Positions 29,597 through 39,382 are shown, counted from the first letter of the stretch. The stretch: DNA of 64,000 bases from an uncultured archaeon (GCA_964640195.1 CAZXIC010000002.1:81743-145742), one strand, 5' to 3'. The notes: a model not told the origin generated them from the letters alone. Translations and numbers: made by a program.

Positions 29597-30550
29597 ATGG
29601 GTGCTCTAATGGGGAAAGGTAAGGGATTTGGGAAAACAATTCTCTTTGGAGAGCACTTTGTAGTATACGGCTTGCCGGCAATTGCCTCTGCTCTGGCTGA
29701 TATCACAACTGCCGAAGTTGAAAAAGCCGAAGAAAAAGGATTGCATTTCATTGACGAAAGACCTGCAACACCCGGCTACAAAGAAAAGAAAAAAGAGGAA
29801 ATCCAAAGGCAGCTGGATGCACTTATTGAACACTTCAAGATTGACACTGGGAAAGAAGGCACCAGGATAAGGCTTGCGGGAAACCTGACCTGCGCATCCG
29901 GTGTCGGAGCAAGTGCAGCGCTTGCAGCAAGCATCGCCAGGGCTTTGAACAAAATGCTTGGGCTTAACATGAATGACGACCAGATAAACGAAGCGGCATA
30001 CATAGCCGAAAAAGCCGGAACAGGAACGCCGTCCGGAATAGACAACACCTGCTCTGTCTATGGGGGATTCATACTGTTTGAGAAAAACCTCACAGGCGGG
30101 CCAAACAAAATAGAAAGGCTCTCGGTAAAAGAGCCTGCAGAGATAGTGCTTGCAAACACAGGCATAACACAGGAAACAAAGGTTGTGGTTGGGGATGTGA
30201 GAAAGAAAAAGGAAGCTGACGAGGCATGGTTTGGAAAGGTATGCGAAGAATACAAAGAAATGTTTGACAAAGCACTGGAAGGCTTAAAAAATGGCGATTG
30301 GAAAACAGTTGGAGAGCAAATGGACAGAAACCAAGAACTGCTCCAAGAAATTGGCGTTTCCTGCAAAGAAATAGAGGAGATAGTTAAGGCTGCCAAAGAA
30401 AACGGGGCATTTGGAGCAAAGCTCACAGGCACGGGCAGGGGTGGCTACGTTCTGCTGCTTACGCCAGGAAAAGAACTCCAGGAAAAAGTAGCCAACGCAG
30501 TAAAAGATAAGGGCTACGCAACTTTTAGGACAAAAATTGGAGGCGAGTAA
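29597..30550 (+). CDS. mvk: Mevalonate kinase
   Basis: 'GKTILFGEHFVVYGLPAIA' and GHMP motif 'SGVGASAALAASIARAL'. Confidence 0.9.
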   Translation: MGALMGKGKGFGKTILFGEHFVVYGLPAIASALADITTAEVEKAEEKGLHFIDERPATPGYKEKKKEEIQRQLDALIEHFKIDTGKEGTRIRLAGNLTCASGVGASAALAASIARALNKMLGLNMNDDQINEAAYIAEKAGTGTPSGIDNTCSVYGGFILFEKNLTGGPNKIERLSVKEPAEIVLANTGITQETKVVVGDVRKKKEADEAWFGKVCEEYKEMFDKALEGLKNGDWKTVGEQMDRNQELLQEIGVSCKEIEEIVKAAKENGAFGAKLTGTGRGGYVLLLTPGKELQEKVANAVKDKGYATFRTKIGGE

Positions 30551-31549
30551 ATGAAAGCAACGGCAAAGGCAAACGCAAACATTGCCCTGACAAAATATTG
30601 GGGGAAGAGAGACAAAAAGCTGATGCTGCCACAGAACGGAAGCACAAGCATGACATTGAGTGACCTATTTACGATTACAACTGTTGAGTTTGACAAGAAG
30701 TATGATAAAGACATTTTTATTCTTGGGGAAGAGGAATTCAAAGAAGGGAGCGAGGAATACGATGAAGTAAAAGGACACCTGGGCTTGGTAAGGGAAATGG
30801 CTGGAGTGAGTGAAAAAGCAAAGGTTCAGAGCAAAAATAATTTTCCAACAGCAGCAGGCCTGGCAAGCAGTGCTTCAGGCTTTGCTGCATTAAGTGTTGC
30901 CGCAGCAGGGGCAACGGGCTTGAAGCTGGACCAGCAGCAGCTTAGCGCATTAGCGAGGAGAGGGAGTGGAAGTGCGACCCGGTCTGTTTTGGGCGGCTTT
31001 GTTGAATGGAAAAGGGGGGGAAAGGCGGACGGCAGCGACAGCGTTGCTGTGCAGATTGCACCACCAGAGCATTGGACTGAATTCAGGATGATTACAACGA
31101 TTGTAAGCACTGTGCAGAAGAAGGTTAAAAGCAGGGCTGGAATGGCGAAGACAGTGGAAACATGCCCTTACTACAAGGACTGGCTGGCAACCGTGAACAA
31201 CGACATTGAAAACGTGAAAAAAGGCGTTAAAGACAAGAATTTCACTTTGGTTGGGGAAACCGCCGAGCACAATTGCCTGAAGATGCATGCGACAATGATT
31301 ACAACCAAGCCGCCGATAATATACTGGATGCCTGCAACGATGGCTGTAATCCACGCGGTTCTTGCCTGGAGGGAGGAAGGCCTGGAATGCTATTTCACGA
31401 TTGACGGCGGGCCGCAGGTGAAAGTGATTTGCTTGGAAAAAGACGCAGATGAATTGGAGAAGCGGCTGCAAGGAATTGAGGGCGTTCAGAAAACCATTTT
31501 ATGCAGGCCCGGAGAAGGCGCCAAATTGGTGGAAGGGCACTTGTTTTGA
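30551..31549 (+). CDS. mvaD: Diphosphomevalonate decarboxylase family
   Basis: 'ANIALTKYWGKRD', 'AGLASSASGFAAL' and 'RRGSGSATRS'. ATG directly follows the mvk stop. Confidence 0.85.
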   Translation: MKATAKANANIALTKYWGKRDKKLMLPQNGSTSMTLSDLFTITTVEFDKKYDKDIFILGEEEFKEGSEEYDEVKGHLGLVREMAGVSEKAKVQSKNNFPTAAGLASSASGFAALSVAAAGATGLKLDQQQLSALARRGSGSATRSVLGGFVEWKRGGKADGSDSVAVQIAPPEHWTEFRMITTIVSTVQKKVKSRAGMAKTVETCPYYKDWLATVNNDIENVKKGVKDKNFTLVGETAEHNCLKMHATMITTKPPIIYWMPATMAVIHAVLAWREEGLECYFTIDGGPQVKVICLEKDADELEKRLQGIEGVQKTILCRPGEGAKLVEGHLF

Positions 31550-31560
31550 GGTGATATAAA

Positions 31561-32676
31561 TTGGTTGAAGTTAAAGCGCCTGGAAAACTGCTGCTTACGG
31601 GCGAATGGGCTGTTCTTGAAGTGGGCAATCCCTGCATTGTCCTTGCTGTTGACAAGTATGTTACAGCAAAAGTTGAGGAAAGTGGCAGCATTGCAATAAG
31701 CGCAAGGGATTTGGGGGTAGAAAACAAAGAGGCAAAATTCGACGGAAAGCAGCTGCAATTTAAGCAGGCATTGAGTGACGAGGAGAAGGAAAAAATTGTG
31801 ATGGCGAAGAACTCTGTTGAGATTTGCCTGCGCTATCTGCAGGAGAAAGGCATTGAAACAAAGAAATTCTCTGCAAGCACGGAATCAGAGATAACCTCAA
31901 TAACATTAAAGGATGGTTCAACTGCAAAAGTAGGCTTTGGGAGCAGTGCTGCCGCAGTTGTTGCAATAATCAAGGGCATCCTAAAATTGCATGGCCGGGA
32001 TATTGAATCCCCTGAGGGAAAGGAAAAAACATACAAGCTTGGCTGCATCGCACATTATTTTGGCCAGGGAAAGGTTGGCTCTGCGTTTGATGTTGCAGCA
32101 TCAACTTATGGCGGAGCAATAGTATACCGCCGCTTTGACCCGGAATGGCTTGTGAAAGAGATTGAGTCAGGCAAGCCCGTGAAAGAAATTGTTGAATCAA
32201 AATGGGCTGCCTTTGAAGCAACTCCAATAAAACTCCCTGAAGACTTTATCCTATGCGTTGGGTTTGTCGGCTACAGCGCTTCAACAAAGGTTCTTGTTGT
32301 AAAAATGAGGGACTTCAAGGCAAGCAATGAAGCGTGTTACAACGAGATTTACAGCGGGATAAAAAAGGTCGTAGAGCAGATGATTGAAGCAATCAAGCAA
32401 AGCAACAGTGAAAACATAATGCGGTTAATAAAGGAAAACAGGGTTTTGCTGAAACAGCTTGCAGAGGAAAGCGGAAACAACCTTGAGACAAGGGAATTGA
32501 CTGCTCTAATTGAAGCAGCTGATGCAGCCGGCGCAGCTGCAAAGTTTTCTGGTGCAGGGGCAGGAGACTGCGGCATTGCCATCTGCTTTAACAACGAAAC
32601 CGCCGAGAAAGTGAAGAATGTTTGGAAAGAGAAGGGCATTTACTCAATAGATGTCAATGTTTCACGAAGATGTTAA
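31561..32676 (+). CDS. mvaK2: Phosphomevalonate kinase, GHMP/ERG8 (bacterial MvaK2-like) type
   Basis: 'VKAPGKLLLTGEWAVLE', 'GFGSSAAAVVAIIKG' and 'KFSGAGAGDCGIAICF'. These parallel streptococcal PMK motifs. Confidence 0.85.
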   Translation: MVEVKAPGKLLLTGEWAVLEVGNPCIVLAVDKYVTAKVEESGSIAISARDLGVENKEAKFDGKQLQFKQALSDEEKEKIVMAKNSVEICLRYLQEKGIETKKFSASTESEITSITLKDGSTAKVGFGSSAAAVVAIIKGILKLHGRDIESPEGKEKTYKLGCIAHYFGQGKVGSAFDVAASTYGGAIVYRRFDPEWLVKEIESGKPVKEIVESKWAAFEATPIKLPEDFILCVGFVGYSASTKVLVVKMRDFKASNEACYNEIYSGIKKVVEQMIEAIKQSNSENIMRLIKENRVLLKQLAEESGNNLETRELTALIEAADAAGAAAKFSGAGAGDCGIAICFNNETAEKVKNVWKEKGIYSIDVNVSRRC

Positions 32677-33455
32677 AAATGGAAATAGAGCCCCTGGAAA
32701 ACTATTGCAAGCCCATCTATGAAAGAGCTCCAAGCGTAATCCATAATTGGGGGCATGCCAAAAGAACCGCTGTCGGCGCAAAGTGGTTTGTAAAACTTTT
32801 AGGCGGCACTAAAGAAGAGGAAGAACTTGCATACATAGCCGGAATACTGCATGATATTGTAAGGCCAAACACTGAAAAGGTAGACCACGCACAGGCAAGC
32901 GCGGATGAAGCCAGAAAAATTCTTAAAAAATTTGAATTTGAAGAGGAAAAGATTCAACTAATAGTCCAAAGCGTTAGAGGCCATAGAAAAAAACCAGCTA
33001 AATGGCTGTCTCCACTTCATCAAAGCGTTTTCCTCTCAGACAAACTGCTGGAACAGATGGGAGCATATGTTGTTTTTAGGAGAGCCACTTATGCTGGCGA
33101 AGTAAAGGAATACGCGGACATGGAAGCTAAAGAGGCCATACCAATAAGATGGAATAACGCACTGAAAAAAACGGAAAAACAGTTTTTTGTGGAAAAATTT
33201 CATGAGCTATACGACTACCAAAACGCCTGGCAGATGGAGTTTATAGAAGCCTTTGAAAAAAATGAGAAATGGGCGAACAGGCTGGGCAGCTATTCCTTTG
33301 GGCAAGGAAGAAAGAAAAACAGCAGCCTCGACCAGGCAATATATGACTTTGAACCAAACTCAGAAAAAGAAGAAAAATTCAGGTCAGAAGCATTGGACTA
33401 CATGCAAGGAAAAAAGTTTGCCGAATTTAAAAAAATGGTTTTGCAGGGAGATTAG
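32670..33455 (+). CDS. HD-domain protein
   Basis: 'NWGHAKRTAV' and 'AGILHDIVRP' His/Asp metal motifs. Start at ATG 32670 or 32679. Embedded between the PMK and IDI-2 genes. Confidence 0.7.
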   Translation: MLKMEIEPLENYCKPIYERAPSVIHNWGHAKRTAVGAKWFVKLLGGTKEEEELAYIAGILHDIVRPNTEKVDHAQASADEARKILKKFEFEEEKIQLIVQSVRGHRKKPAKWLSPLHQSVFLSDKLLEQMGAYVVFRRATYAGEVKEYADMEAKEAIPIRWNNALKKTEKQFFVEKFHELYDYQNAWQMEFIEAFEKNEKWANRLGSYSFGQGRKKNSSLDQAIYDFEPNSEKEEKFRSEALDYMQGKKFAEFKKMVLQGD

Positions 33456-33496
33456 CAATTGTTGCAGGCATTTTTAACCTTTTTTGAACAAATTTA

Positions 33497-34534
33497 ATGA
33501 GGGTCAAGATGGCAAACAAAACAAAGAACAGGAAGGCAGAGCACCTGAGGATAGCTGTTGAGAAAGGCGTGCAGTTCAAGGAGAAGAAAACCGGCTTAGA
33601 AAAGATTTCCTTCAAGAATGTAGACTTGAAATATAATGCTTTGCCTGAACTTGATAAAAAAGAGGTCAAGCTTGCTACCCGATTTTTTGGAAAAAAATTA
33701 AAAGCGCCGTTACTAGTTGAGGCAATTACTGGCGGCGTGAAAGAGGCAAAGAAGATAAACAAAGATATTGCAAAGGCTTGCCAAGAGGTTGGCGTTGGAA
33801 TGTGCCTCGGAAGCCAGAGAGCAATGCTGGAAACGCCTGCATTGAAAGAAACCTACATTGTCAGGGGTGTGGCACCGACAATATTCCTGGCTGGGAACAT
33901 TGGGATAACAGAATTGGGGAAGTATTCTGCCAAAGAGATAGAAAATGCGCAGCGCGCTGTGGGGGCAGATGCCCTTGCAGTCCACATCAATGCTGCCCAA
34001 GCGGCGATGCAACCAGAGGCTGAAACCAATTTTAAAAACAGGCTAAAAGAATTGGGGAAAGTAGTGAAACAATTAAAGAAATCAGTATATGTGAAAGAGG
34101 TTGGCCATGGCATAGGGCTTGAGACAGCGAAAGCGCTTGCCAAGACAGGGATAAAGGCAATAGACGTTGCAGGCGCAGGTGGCACAAGCTGGATAGCGGT
34201 TGACTCACTTCGGGGCAAGAAAAGTTTGGGAGAAACATTCTGGGATTTTGGAATTCCAACTGCAGAGAGCATAATCCAATGCAGAAAGGCATTCAAGGGA
34301 AAAATAATTGCATCTGGGGGGATAAGAAGCGGCTTGGACTGTGCAAAGGCGATTGCATTGGGAGCTGACCTCTGCGGCATTGCATTGCCAGTACTCAAAG
34401 CACAGCAAAAAGCAGGTAGTAGCGGGGTTAAGGGATACTTGGAGAAGATTATTGACGAGCTGCGCACTGCAATGTTTCTGGTTGGGGCAAAAAATTTGCA
34501 GCAGTTAAAAAAGAAAGCAATAGTTAAATATTAA
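33497..34534 (+). CDS. fni: Isopentenyl-diphosphate delta-isomerase, type 2 (FMN-dependent)
   Basis: 'NRKAEHLRIA', 'GAGGTSW' and 'IASGGIRSGLDCAKAIALGADL'. Confidence 0.9.
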   Translation: MRVKMANKTKNRKAEHLRIAVEKGVQFKEKKTGLEKISFKNVDLKYNALPELDKKEVKLATRFFGKKLKAPLLVEAITGGVKEAKKINKDIAKACQEVGVGMCLGSQRAMLETPALKETYIVRGVAPTIFLAGNIGITELGKYSAKEIENAQRAVGADALAVHINAAQAAMQPEAETNFKNRLKELGKVVKQLKKSVYVKEVGHGIGLETAKALAKTGIKAIDVAGAGGTSWIAVDSLRGKKSLGETFWDFGIPTAESIIQCRKAFKGKIIASGGIRSGLDCAKAIALGADLCGIALPVLKAQQKAGSSGVKGYLEKIIDELRTAMFLVGAKNLQQLKKKAIVKY

Positions 34535-35302
34535 TTAACCCGGCAGCTTCCTGACGCGCAAAACAGGCAGCTGCTGCCCTGAAAGCAGTTCTTTTACCCT
34601 CTGCTTTTCCTTCCCCAGGCCCTTCCAGTCAAGGACCACTGCTTCGGGCTTCGGCTCGGTTGCCTCTATCGCCTTTTGCAGCATTTCCGCGTCAAAGTTT
34701 GAGAGGGCATACATCGGGCAGATTGCCCCAAGAGCGTACTCTGTCCGCAGGACAAGCTTTGTGAATTCAGGGCAGTAGTGCCCTCCGCCAAGGGCAATTG
34801 CAGTCTTGTAGCTGCCTTCAAGTGAGCTGCAGTTGAGAATTACACTTGCAACCGCCTCCGCTGCTTTTCTGTCCTGCCACTGCTTTTCACTGCTCCCCAG
34901 TTCAATGAAAACAGTCGGCTTTGTCAGGAAAGGACCGTGGTGAAGGCACTCCAGAGAAACATCATACTGCAAACCCATTTCCTCTTTTTGCTTGTGCAGC
35001 CCGACCAAATAATTTTTCATCAAATTTGCGTTTGTCGGCACAAGCATCCTGTCCCTTCCCCCTAATTCTGCCCTGCCCCAGTTTCCGATTGCATGAGCTG
35101 TAAGCGTGGGCTTCTTTGCTTCACTTCTGTGTAGCGAGGCAAAGATGAAAAAATCAGTAGCAATTTCATTCACAGAATCAGCAAAGCACTGGTTGCCCTC
35201 AATGAAATGCAGCTGCATGCTTTTCGGCAGGTTTCCCTGCAGGAAAGAAGCTATGTTCTTTCCCGCAGCATCTTCTTTTGAAACAATTACCGCAAAATCC
35301 AT
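34535..35302 (-). CDS. dtdA: D-aminoacyl-tRNA deacylase, archaeal DTD2 type
   Basis: 'TAHAIGNWG.AELGG', 'ECLHHGP', 'FIELGSSEKQW', 'LGGGHYCP' and 'LDWKG'. Collinear with the archaeal DtdA pattern. Confidence 0.85.
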   Translation of the reverse strand: MDFAVIVSKEDAAGKNIASFLQGNLPKSMQLHFIEGNQCFADSVNEIATDFFIFASLHRSEAKKPTLTAHAIGNWGRAELGGRDRMLVPTNANLMKNYLVGLHKQKEEMGLQYDVSLECLHHGPFLTKPTVFIELGSSEKQWQDRKAAEAVASVILNCSSLEGSYKTAIALGGGHYCPEFTKLVLRTEYALGAICPMYALSNFDAEMLQKAIEATEPKPEAVVLDWKGLGKEKQRVKELLSGQQLPVLRVRKLPG

Positions 35303-35329
35303 TTCAACCAGAAAAGAATTTTCCCTGGA

Positions 35330-35809
35330 TTACTTTTTATAGGAATCCGAAAGCTTTGCGAGAACCTTTGCGATGTCGTCCATTGCAGCGTTCGCAGGCT
35401 GCTTTATCCAATAGCTGAAAGATTCCTGCAAGCTGTCCGGCTCTGCGTAGGGGCTGTTGTTGATGAAATACCTGTTGCTCTTCCTCTGCAGCAGTTCCAA
35501 GTCAATCAGCTTGTTCAGATGATAGCGCAGCAGTTTCTCGCTTATTTTTTTGTGGTACCTGCTGTCAATGTACGCCTGCAGCTCTGCTGTCGTCGGCCTC
35601 TGTTTCTTTGCAAGGAGGAAGTGGAACAATGCATCCAAAACGTTCAGGGCAGTGTCCCTTGACTCCTGCTCTGACAGCAGGCCGAACGAAAGGGCAAACC
35701 AGCGCAGCAGGCTGCGCTTTGTCAGCTGCACGCTGGGCGGCAGGTCCATTTTCTTGATGACAAAGGTTTTTCTCACAAGCCCTGCTTCCGGAAGCGCCAT
35801 AAAGACCAC
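35330..35809 (-). CDS. Putative winged-helix DNA-binding protein
   Basis: 'ISEKLLRYHLNKLIDLELLQRKSNRYFIN' is a wHTH-like segment. ATG 35800 is an alternative start. TATA-like ATTATGTATAC lies upstream. Confidence 0.5.
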   Translation of the reverse strand: MVFMALPEAGLVRKTFVIKKMDLPPSVQLTKRSLLRWFALSFGLLSEQESRDTALNVLDALFHFLLAKKQRPTTAELQAYIDSRYHKKISEKLLRYHLNKLIDLELLQRKSNRYFINNSPYAEPDSLQESFSYWIKQPANAAMDDIAKVLAKLSDSYKK

Positions 35810-35953
35810 AGCATTATGGGGACGTATACATAATTTTGTTGGAAATAATTTATTTCCTTCGCTAATAGATTATTCTAAGGTGGTATTTATTCCTTTGCCC
35901 GGGATGCAATTGGTTTTTAAAACATTCAAACAGGGGGTTTTAGTGGTGCGGGC

Positions 35954-36310
35954 ATGATTGAGGTCAAGACAAAGTTCACTCCTTTCAGGCTGAAGCTGGC
36001 GCGGAAAGAGCCTGTGCAGCTGGCTGTTGAGCTGGTTAACAAAAACCCGGAAAATGCGATGCTGTCTCTGAACCTTGAACTCGGGGCGTGTTTCAGCCTG
36101 GAGAAAAGCGGTTACAAAACAGGCGCGGCTGAGCAAATCCCGGAATTGAAGCCGGGGGAAAGCAAGAAATTTTACTACGAGCTGTGGCCAAAGCACAGCA
36201 TCAGGGTTGGAGCGGCAAAAATCAGGCTAACTGTCCTAGAGCACTACCAGAACTTCAATTACGTTAAAAAAGAATACAAGAAAGGCCCTGAACTGATTGT
36301 TGAGGAATAA
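35954..36310 (+). CDS. Hypothetical beta-rich protein
   Basis: 118-aa ORF with an alternating pattern suggestive of a beta-sandwich. No motif recognised. Confidence 0.5.
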   Translation: MIEVKTKFTPFRLKLARKEPVQLAVELVNKNPENAMLSLNLELGACFSLEKSGYKTGAAEQIPELKPGESKKFYYELWPKHSIRVGAAKIRLTVLEHYQNFNYVKKEYKKGPELIVEE

Positions 36311-36313
36311 AAT

Positions 36314-39061
36314 TTACTGCAATTTCTTTTTCTCCAATTCAAGCAGATGGATTTTCTCCCTGTACTCGAAAAGCTTCTGCCTGAAATAGTCCTCTTTTAT
36401 TGTCTGCTTGCAGAACTCTGTTTCAAGGTTCTGCACCATATCCCTGAGCTTTGCGATTTCCGCATCAATTTCCTGCAGCCTGAGCCCTGCCTCAACGGGC
36501 TCAGCTGGCTTCCCTGGCTTGGCAAAAAGCCCCATCAGCTTGGCCGGCAGCATTGAAGCGCTGACTGCAGTTTTATGGGCAGCATACCTGGACTCAGAAG
36601 GCAGCCTTTTCCAGGCAAGGACATGCCTCTTCCTCTCAGTGCTTATTTCCGCAGCTGCCTTCCGCATCTCCTTCTCATGCATGGAAATCTGCTTCTCCAG
36701 TTCACGCCCCTGGGCCTTTCCCTTAACAACGGCTTTCTGCAGCTGCGCTTTCTTTTTCGCAATTGCAAGGCTGCCCCTCTTGTGTTCCAGGAAAAACAGC
36801 TTGTGCATTCTCTTAAGCATATACAAGGCAAACAGTATCACGACAAGCAGAACAAGCAGCAAGGCAATCAAGAAAATAGGCAGCGGCGCATAAACAGCGA
36901 AGGGAAAAGAGGTTGTGCCTTTGTTCCCCAATGAATCAATTGCGGTAATTACAAGCGCAGCTTCAGGCAGGTCTTTGTCGGAAAACACGTAATGCCCGGT
37001 GAAAACATTGCCGTCCTGCTGCAACGGGATGGAAACTCCGTTCAGGACAGCATTCACGTCAGCGCCTGGCACAGCAGCGTTGTTGGCGTAAACAAGCTGG
37101 AACTTAAACTCAAGCTTCTCGCTGACGGACACCTTAAGCTCCTTGGGTTGGAGGAGAACTGCCTTGATTGCCCCTGCATTAATGTCAAGCGTCAGCTCCT
37201 GCAGCCCTGCCAACTCGCCCTTTGCAGCAAAAAAGGAAAAGCTCTGCTTGCCGATGGGAAGGTCAACTGGCACAACATAGCTTCCGGTGTAAGAGCCGTT
37301 TCCGAGGTCCTGCAAATCAATTCCGTTTCCGTAAGCGTCTGTAAGGGAGATTGCTGCACCTTCAATAGGCTCTCCCTCAAGGTCTGTTACAAGCACGTTC
37401 AAGTCAATCGCCTGACCCCTTAAAACAGTGTTGAAGTCAGTGAGGAGCTCGATTGACAACTGCTGCTGCCCTGTATGGGTGCAGGCAGCAGAACAGGTGC
37501 CAGGAGAAAGGCATTCATCCAATGTTATCGGATTCTGGTCATCGCAGTCAGCAGTGCTGCTGCAGGCAATTGTGCAAGGTGTGTTTGAGCAAGAGGCTTC
37601 ACAAGTGCCAGCATTAAGGCACTTGTCGAGGGTCTGGGGGTCATCGTCAAAGCAGTCGCCGTCACCGCTACAGGCAACAGTGCAACCAACGTTGGCGCAA
37701 TACGAATCGCACTGCCCGGGAAAAAAGCAGTAATCACTGGTTGCCTCTATACCGTCATCACAGTCAGCATCAGCTGTGCAAGCAACAGTGCAAACAGTAT
37801 GCGTGCAGTTTGCATCGCAGGTTCCAGCATTATTACATACATCCACTGTCTCAGTGCTGTTGTCATCGCAGTCTGCGTTGCTGTAGCATGCGATTGCGCA
37901 AAGCGAGCTGCTGCAGTTTGCATCGCATGTGCCTGGGTTCAAACAAACATCGACAGTCATAGCGTTGCTATCATCGCAGTCGGCGTTGGCGTCGCATGCA
38001 ACAGTGCAGGCAATTGGCGTATTAGCGCAGTTTGCATCGCATGTGCCTGGGTTCAAACAGGTATCGGTTGTAAGGCTGTTGCTGTCATCGCAGGCAGAAT
38101 CAGAAGTGCATTCAATGGAACAGACAGTGTTGGAACAACTGGCAGAGCAGGTGCCTGGATTGAGGCAAACGTCAGTTGTAAGGGAATTGCTGTCATCGCA
38201 GGCAGCATTATTGTCACACGCGATATCGCACACAGTATGGGAGCAGTTTGCATCGCATGTGCCTGGGTTCAAACAGGTATCGGTTGTAAGGCTGTTGCTG
38301 TCATCGCAGGCAGAATCAGAAGTGCATTCAATGGAACAGACAGTGTTGGAACAACTGGCAGAGCAGGTGCCTGGATTGAGGCAAACGTCCACTGTTAAGC
38401 TATTGCCATCGTCACAGTCAGCGTTTGCATCGCATGCAATCATGCAGTAGCTGAATGTTACGTCTGCTGACGTGTCATCGTCATCGCCTGTTTCGCTGAT
38501 AAAGAAGTTGCCGCTGCCTGTTGCTGCATCGCTGCCTGTTGAAAGGACAAAATAAAAGCTTTCACTGCCGCCGCTTTTCTCAATTCTGCACTGGTCAACT
38601 GTTGGCAGGGCACACAATACGTCATTGCCGCTTAAAGAGGGTGTTCCAGCCTTATAGGTCGTATCATCCAAACAGCCGCAGTATGAAACAGTTGCATCTG
38701 AGCCTATTACATCATTTGCTGCATAAACGTTATGGAAATTGAATTGGTCTGGATAGCCGTGTTGAAACCAATCACTGTTTGAAATAGTCAGCTCAAAGCG
38801 GTAATCGGTACTTCTCAACAAATTGGTATCGCATGCTGCGCTTGCGCCAGTGACATCAATGCCTGTGCATACTGCTGTGCCACTCCCTATAACAGTGCTG
38901 CCGCTTTGAAAAACACCCAAAGAGTCAATTGAGTAATTTGGAGCAGGGGCAAGAAACAGGGAAAAAAAGCCAGCTGGCTGTCCTGGCGCAGAATACAGAA
39001 GCAGGAAAAGCGCTGCAATGGCAAGGGCAGCGGCTGCCAGGACTGCAATGCTTTTGTTCAT
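36314..39061 (-). CDS. Large type-I membrane surface protein with about 10 tandem Cys-rich repeats and a cytoplasmic coiled-coil tail
   Basis: N-terminal signal/TM. Repeats of C-x3-C-x5-C-DD-x8-C-x5-C-x3-C ('ACDDSNSLTTDxCLNPGTCxAxCS') followed by an Ig-like region. TM 'LPIFLIALLLVLLVVILFALYML' and a basic/coiled C-tail. Confidence 0.85.
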   Translation of the reverse strand: MNKSIAVLAAAALAIAALFLLLYSAPGQPAGFFSLFLAPAPNYSIDSLGVFQSGSTVIGSGTAVCTGIDVTGASAACDTNLLRSTDYRFELTISNSDWFQHGYPDQFNFHNVYAANDVIGSDATVSYCGCLDDTTYKAGTPSLSGNDVLCALPTVDQCRIEKSGGSESFYFVLSTGSDAATGSGNFFISETGDDDDTSADVTFSYCMIACDANADCDDGNSLTVDVCLNPGTCSASCSNTVCSIECTSDSACDDSNSLTTDTCLNPGTCDANCSHTVCDIACDNNAACDDSNSLTTDVCLNPGTCSASCSNTVCSIECTSDSACDDSNSLTTDTCLNPGTCDANCANTPIACTVACDANADCDDSNAMTVDVCLNPGTCDANCSSSLCAIACYSNADCDDNSTETVDVCNNAGTCDANCTHTVCTVACTADADCDDGIEATSDYCFFPGQCDSYCANVGCTVACSGDGDCFDDDPQTLDKCLNAGTCEASCSNTPCTIACSSTADCDDQNPITLDECLSPGTCSAACTHTGQQQLSIELLTDFNTVLRGQAIDLNVLVTDLEGEPIEGAAISLTDAYGNGIDLQDLGNGSYTGSYVVPVDLPIGKQSFSFFAAKGELAGLQELTLDINAGAIKAVLLQPKELKVSVSEKLEFKFQLVYANNAAVPGADVNAVLNGVSIPLQQDGNVFTGHYVFSDKDLPEAALVITAIDSLGNKGTTSFPFAVYAPLPIFLIALLLVLLVVILFALYMLKRMHKLFFLEHKRGSLAIAKKKAQLQKAVVKGKAQGRELEKQISMHEKEMRKAAAEISTERKRHVLAWKRLPSESRYAAHKTAVSASMLPAKLMGLFAKPGKPAEPVEAGLRLQEIDAEIAKLRDMVQNLETEFCKQTIKEDYFRQKLFEYREKIHLLELEKKKLQ
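38027..38389. repeat. Perfect 147-bp direct duplication at 216-bp spacing inside the Cys-rich-repeat gene
   Basis: 38027-38173 and 38243-38389 read identically. A 33-bp partial third copy starts at 37913. Confidence 0.9.
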
Positions 39062-39160
39062 TCCACACTATATACATATTAATTGGTATTTAAAAGTAGC
39101 TTTGGGTGCGATCTCCAAGATAAGAAACAATTAAATTCTGGCGAACACAAAGGATATTTA

Positions 39161-39382
39161 ATGGCTGTAAGGAAATCAAACCGTCCAACAACCTGGTTGT
39201 CTACCCCACGGGTTAGTGCCCCGGCGGAGGCAATTTTGCCAAGGGGCAGCATGAGCAGCCATGCCCTGCTCAAGTTGGCAAAAAAACAGCGCCTACCCTT
39301 GCAACGTAAAACCATACAGGACAAAATTGCTGAGATTGAGCGAACTGGGAGAATAGTGCCTGGTTCGCTAGAGACGGAATAG
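39161..39382 (+). CDS. Small hypothetical protein
   Basis: 73 aa from ATG 39161 (AAGGA upstream). The longer track ORF from 39083 is less likely. Competes with an antisense ORF. Confidence 0.35.
   Translation: MAVRKSNRPTTWLSTPRVSAPAEAILPRGSMSSHALLKLAKKQRLPLQRKTIQDKIAEIERTGRIVPGSLETE

Noticed and set aside
37799-38450. 199-aa and 173-aa plus-strand ORFs with internal repeats
   Set aside because: They are the antisense reading of the Cys-rich repeat gene. Their repetitiveness mirrors the coding repeats on the minus strand, which has signal peptide, TM and domain logic.
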